A DNA stretch of 44,992 nucleotides from Saprospirales bacterium (GTDB lineage: Bacteria; Bacteroidota; Bacteroidia; Chitinophagales; CAMDFR01): assembly GCA_947464015.1 (NCBI GenBank), contig CANHVE010000002.1, positions 1 to 44,992 on the forward strand, written 5' to 3'. Under the pieces are notes generated by a model. It worked only from the letters and a program-made list of their open reading frames with translations. It was not told where the DNA came from and did not search any database. This document shows positions 21,413-30,712 of the stretch, piece by piece; the stretch's first letter is position 1, and the number at the start of each line of letters is the position of its first letter. Position numbers and translations under genes: made by a program.

Positions 21413-23578
21413 ATGAAAAAAAATCTACTTCTACTATCTATATGTATTTGCTTTTATTACTTGTCATTGCATGCACAATATGAATATCCTATTCAAAAAA
21501 TTACAACACCTATACAACTAGATGGAGTAGCTAACGAATCTATATGGCAATCGATTCCATCTATCACTTCATTTAAACAAAATTATCCAACTGATACAGC
21601 ATTGGCAAAGAATCAAACGAATGTGCAAATTTGTTATGATAAAAAATATATTTATTTATATGCATTTATGCAGGACACCGTTAAGAAACCACTTATTGTG
21701 CAATCCTTAAAAAGAGATTTTTCTATTAAAACATCCGATGCATTTATTTTTACGATTGCACCATTGAATGATAAAATAAACGGTTTTAGTTTTGGGGTGA
21801 ATGCATTGGGTGCACAACGTGAAGGATTGGTTGCGCAAGGTGGAGGATCGGGAGTGACCACCGCTTGGGATAATAGTTGGTATAGCGAAGTAAAAAAACA
21901 ACTGAATGGGTGGAGTGTAGAGATGAAAATTCCATTTAAAACTTTACGCTTCAAAAAAAATACGACTGATTGGGGAATTAATATGGCACGTATTGATTTA
22001 AAAAATAATGAAGTATCTACTTGGCATCCCATTCCATTAAATTTTAATACCTCTAGTTTAGGCTTTACAGGCACGATGCATTTTGCAGAACCACCTGTTA
22101 AGAATGGAGCCAATATTGTTTTTATTCCTTATGTAACAGGAGGAGCTTCGTATAATTATTTGTTAAAACCCTATCCTCATATTACTAATTTAGCGAGTGC
22201 AGGATTTGATACCAAGATTGGAATTACGTCTTCCTTAAATTTAGATATCACAGCTAATCCAGATTTTTCTCAAATAGAAATTGATGATCAAGTAGTGAAC
22301 TTAGATCGATTTGAAATATTCTTACCAGAACGCAGACAATTTTTTATTGAGAATAGTGATTTGTTTGATGGGTTTGGCTTTAGCAAAATTCGTCCCTTTT
22401 TTAGTAGAAGAATTGGTTTATATAAAGGGCAGCAAATTCCTATCATTGCAGGAGCGAGATTGAGTGGCAGTATCAATAAAAATTGGCGTATTGGTTTAAT
22501 GGATATGATGAGTAATAAAAAGGAAGAACATGTCAATGTACCTATTCAAAATTTTATAGTGGCAGCTTTACAACGTAGAGTTTTTGACAGAAGTAATATC
22601 GGATTTATATTCGTCAACAAATTAGGAATAGATAAAAACGAAAAATTAAAAAAACAAAGTAATTCCGTTCTTGGATTAGATTTTAATTTGTACAGTAAAA
22701 ATAATCGATGGAATGGACGAATTTTTTATCATCATTCTATCAATACCAAATTGAATATTGATGCGAATGCCAATGCAAGTTGGTTGGCTTATAATACCTC
22801 TAAATGGAGCATCCAATGGAATCATGAATACGTTGGTAAGCTCTACAATGCTGAAGTAGGTTTTGTTCCAAGAGTGGGTTATTTTCGATTAGAACCTTCG
22901 ATAAATTATACCACCTTTTTTAAGAAAAGTAAAAAAATATTCAGTTGGGCAAATGGTATTTATTACAGTCAATATTGGAGCACCGATACTAGAAATAGTA
23001 CCGATAGAATTAATCGTTTTACAAGTACCTTATTATGGTTGAATACTGCCACTATGTCTTTTTCAATAAGTAATATACAAACACGTTTAACAAGAGATTT
23101 TGATGTGTCGGGCAATAAGTATTATCCCATAAAAGCAGGTAATTATGTATATACAAATGCGGTATTAAGTTATGCTTCTAATATTCGCAAACGATTTACC
23201 TATTCGATGAATATTTCGGGAGGAACTTATTTCGATAGAAAAACAATCAGCTACGGAGCTACTATCTCTTATAGATTTCAACCTTATGGATATATCAATG
23301 CCTCTATTACCCGTAATGAATTTTTTAGAAATGGAGAAAATATTAGTTTGACTTTATTGAGTAGCAGATTAGAAATTACCTTTAGTAAAAATTTATTTTT
23401 TAATAATATCGTACAATATAATACCCAACAAAAAGTATTTAATTTAAATACCAGATTGCAATGGCGATTTAAACCTATGTCTGATTTATTTATTGTATAT
23501 ACCGACATATACGATAACTTATTAGCGAAACGTCAACGAGCTTTCCAAATTAAATTTACTTATTGGTTTCAGTTATAA
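21413..23578 (+). CDS. Exported DUF5916-type protein with N-terminal CBM9-like domain and beta-barrel-like C-terminal region
   Basis: It has a signal peptide (MKKNLLLLSICICF). The N-terminal DG...W pattern resembles CBM9. The long C-terminal region has alternating beta-strand character and ends in an aromatic-rich tail (FTYWFQL). The ATG at 21413 is preferred over the TTG at 21407. Confidence 0.6.
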   Translation: MKKNLLLLSICICFYYLSLHAQYEYPIQKITTPIQLDGVANESIWQSIPSITSFKQNYPTDTALAKNQTNVQICYDKKYIYLYAFMQDTVKKPLIVQSLKRDFSIKTSDAFIFTIAPLNDKINGFSFGVNALGAQREGLVAQGGGSGVTTAWDNSWYSEVKKQLNGWSVEMKIPFKTLRFKKNTTDWGINMARIDLKNNEVSTWHPIPLNFNTSSLGFTGTMHFAEPPVKNGANIVFIPYVTGGASYNYLLKPYPHITNLASAGFDTKIGITSSLNLDITANPDFSQIEIDDQVVNLDRFEIFLPERRQFFIENSDLFDGFGFSKIRPFFSRRIGLYKGQQIPIIAGARLSGSINKNWRIGLMDMMSNKKEEHVNVPIQNFIVAALQRRVFDRSNIGFIFVNKLGIDKNEKLKKQSNSVLGLDFNLYSKNNRWNGRIFYHHSINTKLNIDANANASWLAYNTSKWSIQWNHEYVGKLYNAEVGFVPRVGYFRLEPSINYTTFFKKSKKIFSWANGIYYSQYWSTDTRNSTDRINRFTSTLLWLNTATMSFSISNIQTRLTRDFDVSGNKYYPIKAGNYVYTNAVLSYASNIRKRFTYSMNISGGTYFDRKTISYGATISYRFQPYGYINASITRNEFFRNGENISLTLLSSRLEITFSKNLFFNNIVQYNTQQKVFNLNTRLQWRFKPMSDLFIVYTDIYDNLLAKRQRAFQIKFTYWFQL

Positions 23579-23671
23579 GGATTTAGATTTTTCATTAACT
23601 GGATTTTCTACATGAATCTTTATGATAATCTCCTCCTTTTTCGTTAATTTTACATTGCTTAAATTAATCAG

Positions 23672-24820
23672 ATGAAAGTATATTTAGATAATGCCGCTAC
23701 AACTCCACTAAGTGATGAAGTATTGCAAGTGATGATTCCATTTATGAAAGAAAATTTCGGAAATCCATCCGCAATTCATTCATTTGGTAGAACTACACGT
23801 GCTGCGATTGAAACAGCTCGTAAACAAGTAGCCAAAGCATTAAATTGTTCGCCAGCGGAGATATTTTTCACCTCTAGTGGCACAGAAGCCAATAATATGG
23901 CTATTAAATGCAGTGTGCGCGATTTGGGAATTAAACATGTAATTACTTCGCCTATTGAACATCATTGTGTATCGCATACTACTGATTATTTAGAAGAAAA
24001 TCATTTGGCTACTATTCATCTATTACGTGTGAATGAGAAAGGGCAAATGGATTTACAACATTTAGAAGAGCTTTTAACTCAAATCAAAGAACCTACATTA
24101 GTGAGTTTAATGCACGCTAATAATGAGATTGGAACCATGGTTGATATTGAAAAATTAGCTGAAATATGCAGCAAACATGGAGCATTATTACATTGCGATA
24201 CCGTGCAAACCATTGGACATTATCCATTTGATTTACAAAAAACAAAAATTAATTTCTTATCTGGTTCAGGACATAAATTCCATGGTCCAAAAGGAGCCGG
24301 ATTTATTTATATCAATGCAGAAACCAAAATCAAATCCTTTATTCACGGTGGGGCACAAGAACGTAATATGCGTGCAGGTACCGAAAATATGTATGGAATT
24401 ATCGGTTTAGGTAAAGCGATTGAAGATGCCTATGCGCATTTTGACGAGCATAAAAATCATATTCTTTCCTTAAAAAAATATATGATTCAACGTCTACAGG
24501 ATACTTTTGAAGATATAAAATTTAATGGAGATATTAGTGATAATAGCCTTTATACCGTGCTTAGCGTTTCATTTCCACCATCTGATAAAAACGAAACCTT
24601 ATTGTTTAATTTAGATATCAATGGTATCGCAGCCAGTGGCGGAAGTGCCTGTAGTAGTGGCGCTGATACAGGTTCACATGTGTTAAATGCCATCAAAGCA
24701 GATCCTGCTCGTAAAGGTATTCGTTTCTCTTTTTCGAGATATACAACAAAAGAAGAAATTGATTTTGTGATTGAAAAACTAAAATCGATTGTAGCTAGCA
24801 AAGAAACAGTTGCCTCATAA
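23672..24820 (+). CDS. Cysteine desulfurase (class V aminotransferase, NifS/IscS-like)
   Basis: Motifs seen are YLDNAATTP, TSSGTEANN, the PLP lysine context SGSGHKFHGPKG, RAGTEN and the active-site SGGSACSSG. Confidence 0.9.
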   Translation: MKVYLDNAATTPLSDEVLQVMIPFMKENFGNPSAIHSFGRTTRAAIETARKQVAKALNCSPAEIFFTSSGTEANNMAIKCSVRDLGIKHVITSPIEHHCVSHTTDYLEENHLATIHLLRVNEKGQMDLQHLEELLTQIKEPTLVSLMHANNEIGTMVDIEKLAEICSKHGALLHCDTVQTIGHYPFDLQKTKINFLSGSGHKFHGPKGAGFIYINAETKIKSFIHGGAQERNMRAGTENMYGIIGLGKAIEDAYAHFDEHKNHILSLKKYMIQRLQDTFEDIKFNGDISDNSLYTVLSVSFPPSDKNETLLFNLDINGIAASGGSACSSGADTGSHVLNAIKADPARKGIRFSFSRYTTKEEIDFVIEKLKSIVASKETVAS

Positions 24821-24849
24821 TTTTGCTTTAGATTGTCTGTATTCTTTAG

Positions 24850-24857
24850 TATATTTG
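24850..24857 (+). promoter_or_regulatory. -7 box TATATTTG upstream of the 904-aa T9SS cargo gene
   Basis: It matches TAnnTTTG and lies 43 nt upstream of the ATG at 24900. Confidence 0.35.
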
Positions 24858-24899
24858 ATTATGTGATTTTCATTTATTGATGAGAACAAAAGTGTTTTA

Positions 24900-27614
24900 A
24901 TGAAATATACTTTACTAACTTTTTTATTGCTTGTTTTTTTACAATTGGGTTATGGACAAGCTCCATTAAAAACAATCGTGAAAAATAATTATACGAGCTT
25001 TAGTAAAGACAACTACATCAATCATCCCGATTTAAAAAAATATAATAGTTCAAATGCTTTATCTAATCCTGATTTCGGAAAGATAACCCCTTTTACTCCT
25101 TGTAATAATTGTATTGAAGAATATGATAAACGCGATGCTACGCATCGATATTTTATTGAAACGGGCTCTGATGCTGCTCATTTTTATGTGCAATCGAGTA
25201 AAATTCCGCTCAATTATTTAAATGAACAACAACAGTTTGTTACAATTGATTATCGTTTAAAAGATATCAATGCCAATTATTATGCAGCGCTTTCACAACC
25301 AGTGAAAACCTATCTAGATAAGCATACTAAAGAAGTGCGTATTGAAAGCGCAGCATCGAATGTTACATATGGCACCCAGAATCAAATTTATTTTTCGAAT
25401 GAAAGTGATAATGCTTTGAATCAGTATACTGATAAATATGCAAGTGCCTCTTATACCGCAGGTGATGACGGAGTGGCTATAACAGAAGCATACAGCGGAG
25501 TGAACATGATTCATCAATTTAAAAAAGGAAGTGTACAAACTAATTTTATTTTAAAAAATAGACCACTAGTTCAATTCAATTCGGCATTTTTAATTATCAA
25601 AGAAGAAATTACGCTCACACATATTACTCAAGTAAAACCCAATGAAGATCATTATATAGATGCACAAGGAAATTATTTTGGTGCTTTAGATTTATTGAAT
25701 GATGCCAATCAATTGGTTTTTAAAATTGAAAAACCTGTCATGTATGACGCTCATTTTATAGTGTTTCCATGTTATTATGAATATGAATTAGTGGGAAATA
25801 AATTGATTTTATATACTAAAGTACCTACTCAATATTTAACAGCTAGTACCACGCAATACCCCATCACCATTGACCCTTGGGTAACTGGTTATAATAAAGT
25901 AGGTAATTTTAATTCCTCTGGATTGCCAGGTGCAGGGATGCAGTTTACATATAACGTTATAGGTTCTTGCGATTATTTTTTAGCAGTTACTGTTCCAGGG
26001 AAATCAGATATTATCAATACTTATGTAGATGTAGAAGATGAAAATGAATTGAGCGTTTCGTGTGGTACACCGCCACTACCAGCGCCAGGTTGTATGCGTC
26101 ATGATATACGTCATAATTTTAGTAGTGACGAATGTGGTACTTCCACTGGATTATCAGCGCCAGCATTGCCTGTTGGAGTTGCAGATACACCAGGCACAGT
26201 CACCACCGATCCACTAGTGATTCCGGGCGCAGCTCCTATTTTAATTCCTCGTATGCTCGATTGTATGAATCCACAATGTCCCGATTATGTGATGCATTTT
26301 ACATTAGGTAATGTAGAATTGCGTTGTGGTGAAACCTGCGGAAATAAATGTGCTACAGGTAATATGTGGGCAGTTACGATTGAAGCTCGTCGATTAGAAG
26401 GGTATATGACACCTAATCGAACACCCGTCTGTGCAGGCCAACCAGTAATACTTACAGCCTATCCATCATGGGGCGTGCCACCTTATCATTATGTTTGGAG
26501 CACTGGTGATACGACACGAGTCGTCACGATTTATCCCGAGCGAGATACCTTTGTATCGGTTCGTATTTTTGATACCTGTAATATTTTTGTTGATGATGAT
26601 ACCTTGATTGAAGTGATTCCTTCTCCACCAGCAGATGCAGGTCCAGACCAAACGGTTTGCGAAGGAGGAAGTGTAACGATAGGAGGTAGCCCCACTACAA
26701 CTTTAGGTAGTTCTATCTCTTGGCAACCAGTGCCTGCGAGTGCTATAACCTATATGAGCGGAACCTCTGCGGATAATCCTATTATATCCATACCTGCTGG
26801 CGTCTTAGGTGATTTTACATTTATTGTTCGAGCAGCAGATTTTACCTGTGCTAGGTTTGACACAGTGCGGGTGCATTCAGTAGCCAACCCAATTCCTACA
26901 ATAGTACCCGATACCAATGTCAGTATTTGTGAAGGAGGTTCGGTGCAATTGACCACTACACAAGCGTATAATACTTATGCTTGGTCGAATGGAATAACGA
27001 CACAAACCAATGATATCAGTAATGCTGGAACTTATTACGTTACAGTGAGAGATAATAATGGATGTACAGGTGTTTCAAATAGTGTTACATTAAGTGTAAG
27101 ACCCCCTTTAAGTATTCAAGCCTATCCCGATACCTTGATTGATCCAGAGCAATCGGCGATGTTATATAGCAATCCATCGATGACAAGCGCAACTGTAGAT
27201 TCATTTTATTGGGAACCGAACACTTTTATTCCTTGTACCGATTGTCCAAACCCTATCAGCACACCAGATGAGGATATCACGTATACCTTACACGTATTGA
27301 GTGATGGATGTTGGAGTAGCGATTCGGCGACGATCACCTTAAAATATCCATTTGATTTTTTTATGCCGAATGCCTTTACACCGAATGGCGATGGCTATAA
27401 TGATACCTATTATATGTTAGGTTCGAAAGTATTGCATGTCGATAAATTTCAAGTGTATGATCGATATGGTGAATTGTTGTGGGATATCACAGAGCCATGG
27501 ACCGGTTATTATAAGGGCGTTTTATTAAATCCAGGCGTATATATTTACTTTATAGAAGTATCGTATAAAGAAGAAGTGAGAAGAGCAAAAGGAAGTATCA
27601 CCTTAATCAGGTAG
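24900..27614 (+). CDS. Large secreted protein with Ig-like repeats and T9SS type-B (gliding motility-associated) C-terminal domain
   Basis: It has a signal peptide. Repeated xCxGxxVxLTA-like modules are present (VCAGQPVILTA, VCEGGSVTIGG, ICEGGSVQLTT). The C-terminus reads FFMPNAFTPNGDGYNDTYY...DRYGELLW...GVYIYFIE. Confidence 0.8.
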   Translation: MKYTLLTFLLLVFLQLGYGQAPLKTIVKNNYTSFSKDNYINHPDLKKYNSSNALSNPDFGKITPFTPCNNCIEEYDKRDATHRYFIETGSDAAHFYVQSSKIPLNYLNEQQQFVTIDYRLKDINANYYAALSQPVKTYLDKHTKEVRIESAASNVTYGTQNQIYFSNESDNALNQYTDKYASASYTAGDDGVAITEAYSGVNMIHQFKKGSVQTNFILKNRPLVQFNSAFLIIKEEITLTHITQVKPNEDHYIDAQGNYFGALDLLNDANQLVFKIEKPVMYDAHFIVFPCYYEYELVGNKLILYTKVPTQYLTASTTQYPITIDPWVTGYNKVGNFNSSGLPGAGMQFTYNVIGSCDYFLAVTVPGKSDIINTYVDVEDENELSVSCGTPPLPAPGCMRHDIRHNFSSDECGTSTGLSAPALPVGVADTPGTVTTDPLVIPGAAPILIPRMLDCMNPQCPDYVMHFTLGNVELRCGETCGNKCATGNMWAVTIEARRLEGYMTPNRTPVCAGQPVILTAYPSWGVPPYHYVWSTGDTTRVVTIYPERDTFVSVRIFDTCNIFVDDDTLIEVIPSPPADAGPDQTVCEGGSVTIGGSPTTTLGSSISWQPVPASAITYMSGTSADNPIISIPAGVLGDFTFIVRAADFTCARFDTVRVHSVANPIPTIVPDTNVSICEGGSVQLTTTQAYNTYAWSNGITTQTNDISNAGTYYVTVRDNNGCTGVSNSVTLSVRPPLSIQAYPDTLIDPEQSAMLYSNPSMTSATVDSFYWEPNTFIPCTDCPNPISTPDEDITYTLHVLSDGCWSSDSATITLKYPFDFFMPNAFTPNGDGYNDTYYMLGSKVLHVDKFQVYDRYGELLWDITEPWTGYYKGVLLNPGVYIYFIEVSYKEEVRRAKGSITLIR

Positions 27615-27644
27615 TAATCAATAAATGAATATTAAAAAGAAGAG

Positions 27645-27718
<74 letters not shown>

Positions 27719-27744
27719 ATAAATTAATATCAAAAAACGGAGTG

Positions 27745-27752
27745 CAAATATA
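27745..27752 (-). promoter_or_regulatory. -7 box TATATTTG upstream of tRNA-Met
   Basis: The minus strand reads TATATTTGCACTCC and lies 27 nt upstream of the mature tRNA 5' end. The 14-mer is identical to the one at the hppA promoter. Confidence 0.45.
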
Positions 27753-27802
27753 GTACTTTATAGATAGATTTAAAAAGAATCTCCAAATTTTTACTTTGAC
27801 AC

Positions 27803-27838
27803 ATAAAAAAAGGAGGAATAAGTGACTATTCCTCCTTT
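27803..27838 (-). terminator. Rho-independent terminator after the 520-aa monooxygenase-like gene
   Basis: The stem is AAAGGAGGAATA/TATTCCTCCTTT (12 bp) with loop AGTGAC. On the minus strand a run of T's follows. Confidence 0.7.
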
Positions 27839-27860
27839 TCGCTCTTCAATATTTTCTATA

Positions 27861-29423
27861 TTATTCTACTATTAATTTTCGAGTATGAATATCGTTTTGA
27901 TCAAAAGCACTAATATAATATTGTCCCGCTGGGAATGCTGATATATCAATGGTTTTAGTAGTGATATTGCTTGTATTTGTTTCATACATCAATTCGCCAA
28001 ATAGGTTATAAATTTTGATTTTATCTACGAGTTGATTCATATTGATTTCTATAAAATGAGTACTTGGATTTGGGAAGAAATCAAAGATATTTGCTGCCTC
28101 GTTTGGTTCATCTATGGCTGTAGCTCTGTAATTACAATTCGCATAAGTAGGTTTGATGGTACTAGTATCGATAATCATATTTTCATCACCAGGGAAATTC
28201 AATAAGGCACCAAAATAAATCAACATCATTTCATCGGTAGTCGACTCGCCTAAAGAGACATTTTGTGGAGGTGTACTAGGTTGAAAAGGATTGGCGGTGG
28301 TATTGTCATAAGTTGCTTCGCCATATAATACGGTACCTGCAGGCAATTTGAGAGGTTGACGGAAATTATATTGAGTTTGCCAGTGGAAATCCCAATTATC
28401 AATTTTTACTAAAGGAATCGTATCATTTGTAGGGGTTATAGCCCATGCTTTCACACTTCGTCCTATCAAATGCATGTGTGGAGTTGCTGATAATACAGTT
28501 ATAGGTGCTAATGGTAAATTATATCTAAAATGAAATGTTCTAACAGTATTGGCAGGTATATATAAAGGACCATCGAGCATACTAGGACCATGATTTAAGG
28601 CTGCAGCAATGGTTACATTTCGTAAAGGAGCACTCGACATTACTACATTAAACTTCGTTGAATCTACAAGTCCTGCACTTCCTTGAGGATAATGAATTTG
28701 AGCAATTAATTTTGCCCCAGCAGGCACTCTAACACCCATTCCACTTGGATAGAAATAAGGCGATTGTCCTGGTACCCAAGCTCCAATCATTATAGACGCA
28801 TTGCTACCCGTGCCGCTATAGTTGGTATAGCCAGGTCCTGGATCAGCTGCATCTAAAGTACTAGGAAGTGTGGTACTATCTTGAAAAAACAATACGTGAT
28901 GTACGATATTTCTATTGCCAGGAATAATTTCTAATCCTGTTAAATACTCATCAATTGTAGTCCCTGGGTCAAGTACAAAACATCTGTAAACATCGCCCAC
29001 ACCGCTAACGGTATATGTAGGAATTTGTAATCTATAATCAGGGGATGTGATTACATCAGCAGTTGAATAAGTAGGAGGAGTAGGTGCATGACTTGCAACC
29101 CCTTCAGGCGCTCCGTTATCAGCCCATATTTTAATTAAATTCAATTCTTCGTCTGTTAAATAACGTTCATGCGCAAAACTGCGATAAGATCTATCAGCTG
29201 ACCAAGGTGGCATATGTTTGCTTTGCGTAGCTGATTTTATGGACAATGCCTGTGTGCTAGCTTCTGTATAAGTCATCAAAGAAAAAGGTCCAGCTCCATT
29301 AGGATTATGACAATTCGTACAATTGCTATAAAGAATACAAGCAATATTGTCGGCCCAAGTAACTTGAGCTTGGCTAGAATAAATCGATAAAGTAATAAGG
29401 GATAGTAATACTATTTTTTTCAT
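27861..29423 (-). CDS. Secreted protein: N-terminal CxxCH (cytochrome c-like) module, copper type II ascorbate-dependent monooxygenase (PHM/DBH)-like core, T9SS type-A (Por) C-terminal domain
   Basis: It has a signal peptide, then SNCTNCHNPNGAGPFSL...KHMPPW. It also has VHHVLFF, a His pair like the CuH site, and PHMHLIGRS plus DEMMLIY, an HxH...M pattern like the CuM site. The C-terminal FFPNPSTHFIEI...IYNLFGELMY...AGQYYISAF...RKLIVE resembles the Por secretion tail. Confidence 0.65.
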   Translation of the reverse strand: MKKIVLLSLITLSIYSSQAQVTWADNIACILYSNCTNCHNPNGAGPFSLMTYTEASTQALSIKSATQSKHMPPWSADRSYRSFAHERYLTDEELNLIKIWADNGAPEGVASHAPTPPTYSTADVITSPDYRLQIPTYTVSGVGDVYRCFVLDPGTTIDEYLTGLEIIPGNRNIVHHVLFFQDSTTLPSTLDAADPGPGYTNYSGTGSNASIMIGAWVPGQSPYFYPSGMGVRVPAGAKLIAQIHYPQGSAGLVDSTKFNVVMSSAPLRNVTIAAALNHGPSMLDGPLYIPANTVRTFHFRYNLPLAPITVLSATPHMHLIGRSVKAWAITPTNDTIPLVKIDNWDFHWQTQYNFRQPLKLPAGTVLYGEATYDNTTANPFQPSTPPQNVSLGESTTDEMMLIYFGALLNFPGDENMIIDTSTIKPTYANCNYRATAIDEPNEAANIFDFFPNPSTHFIEINMNQLVDKIKIYNLFGELMYETNTSNITTKTIDISAFPAGQYYISAFDQNDIHTRKLIVE

Positions 29424-29480
29424 ACTGTTGGTTTTTATGAATTTACTCTGACTAAGATAATATAAAATGGTTTAAAATAC

Positions 29481-29488
29481 TAACTTTG
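29481..29488 (+). promoter_or_regulatory. -7 box TAACTTTG upstream of the hotdog-fold gene
   Basis: It matches TAnnTTTG. It ends 1 nt before the GTG used by the track ORF, so the ATG at 29502 is the more plausible start. Confidence 0.4.
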
Positions 29489-29501
29489 TGTGATTAATTC
29501 T

Positions 29502-29960
29502 ATGTTAAGTTTTATCCAATCAATACTCATTCGTTTTTATCCGCTATTTATTTTGAATGGTATGTGGTTGGGTTGGTGGCGCAATGACTATAAAAACTTA
29601 CGAGTTTATTTGATCAAATTTCCCTTGAATATTAATGGAGCCAACTCTATTTTTGGAGGAAGTATAGCAAGTGCAGCAGATCCTTTTTTACCATTGATGT
29701 TTTATTTTGCACTCAAACGAAAAGGTATTCAAGCAACAGTATTAACAAAATCCGTTTCAGTGAAATTTATTAAACCTGTAAAGTCTATTGCCTATTATGA
29801 TTTTATCATCAGCGATGAAGAATTAGAACTCGCTAAAAGTCATTTGATAGTAAGTGGAAAGCATATAGCTACACATCAAGTCTATTGTACCAATCACAAA
29901 GGAGAGGCATTTGCCTACGCTACAATTCAATCTTATATGAAGCTAAAAGGCTTGGGCTAA
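29502..29960 (+). CDS. Hotdog-fold thioesterase-like protein (PaaI/DUF4442-like)
   Basis: The sequence reads NINGANSIFGGSIASAADPFLPLMF, an N-x6-GG-x6-D pattern as in PaaI-type thioesterases. The length is about 150 aa. The assignment rests on motif resemblance only. Confidence 0.45.
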   Translation: MLSFIQSILIRFYPLFILNGMWLGWWRNDYKNLRVYLIKFPLNINGANSIFGGSIASAADPFLPLMFYFALKRKGIQATVLTKSVSVKFIKPVKSIAYYDFIISDEELELAKSHLIVSGKHIATHQVYCTNHKGEAFAYATIQSYMKLKGLG

Positions 29961-29987
29961 GAATTATAGATTCTTCTAGAATAGTAG

Positions 29988-29995
29988 TATTTTTG
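29988..29995 (+). promoter_or_regulatory. -7 box TATTTTTG upstream of the DUF2490 gene
   Basis: It matches TAnnTTTG and ends 7 nt before the ATG at 30003. Confidence 0.4.
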
Positions 29996-30002
29996 TTAAT
30001 AG

Positions 30003-30707
30003 ATGAAAAAAATACTTAGTTTATTTTTTATATTATTCGCATACTGTATTAGTTATGCGCAAATTCAATATGATTGGGAATTGTGGGCTACAGTTGGCAT
30101 CAAAAAAAATTTTAAAAAACATTTTTCTTGGGATGCCTCTTATCAAATTAGAGCCGATCATGATATGCAAGCTTTTAAAAGTTCGTATATCAGTAGTGGA
30201 TTAACTTATGAATTGAATAAATATGTTGCATTTGATTTGAGTTATAGATATGCTACTAATAATACGAGAGATTTACATCGTTTTTCAGGTTCTTTAATCC
30301 TTTCTTATAAATATAAAAAAATAGAATTTACCTTGCGTAATATGTATCAAAATGAAAGAGAATATTTTAATGCAAGATATGAGGTAGGACATACACCACA
30401 GAATTTTCTTAGAGAGCGATTACAGGTTACCTATGCTATCAAGAAGCCATTAAAAATAGAGATAAGCGCAGAACCATTTTTATTATTGACTAATAGAGGT
30501 GTTACCTTAAGTAGAATTCGTTGTATAGCTTCTATCAACTATAAATTTTTGAAATACCATAGTATAAATTTAGGTTATCTCGCACAACCTAATTTACCTT
30601 TTACGAAGCTTACACAAGGCATTACGTTGGAGTATACCTATACTATTCCCGATTGGAAAAAACTTAAAAAAATATTCAAACCCAAATCCAAAAACCCCAA
30701 AAATTAA
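30003..30707 (+). CDS. DUF2490-family outer-membrane beta-barrel-like protein
   Basis: It has a signal peptide (…FAYCISYAQ). Alternating amphipathic strands carry recurrent YR/YK motifs (ASYQIRAD, LSYRYAT, LSYKYKK, LEYTYTI), as in DUF2490 proteins. Confidence 0.6.
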   Translation: MKKILSLFFILFAYCISYAQIQYDWELWATVGIKKNFKKHFSWDASYQIRADHDMQAFKSSYISSGLTYELNKYVAFDLSYRYATNNTRDLHRFSGSLILSYKYKKIEFTLRNMYQNEREYFNARYEVGHTPQNFLRERLQVTYAIKKPLKIEISAEPFLLLTNRGVTLSRIRCIASINYKFLKYHSINLGYLAQPNLPFTKLTQGITLEYTYTIPDWKKLKKIFKPKSKNPKN

Positions 30708-30712
30708 TTCAT

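Noticed and set aside
21652-22113. A 153-aa minus-strand ORF, and other antisense ORFs of 60-100 aa throughout the window.
   Set aside because: Each is fully embedded antisense in a longer ORF with clear family motifs. None has an independent promoter or terminator signal.
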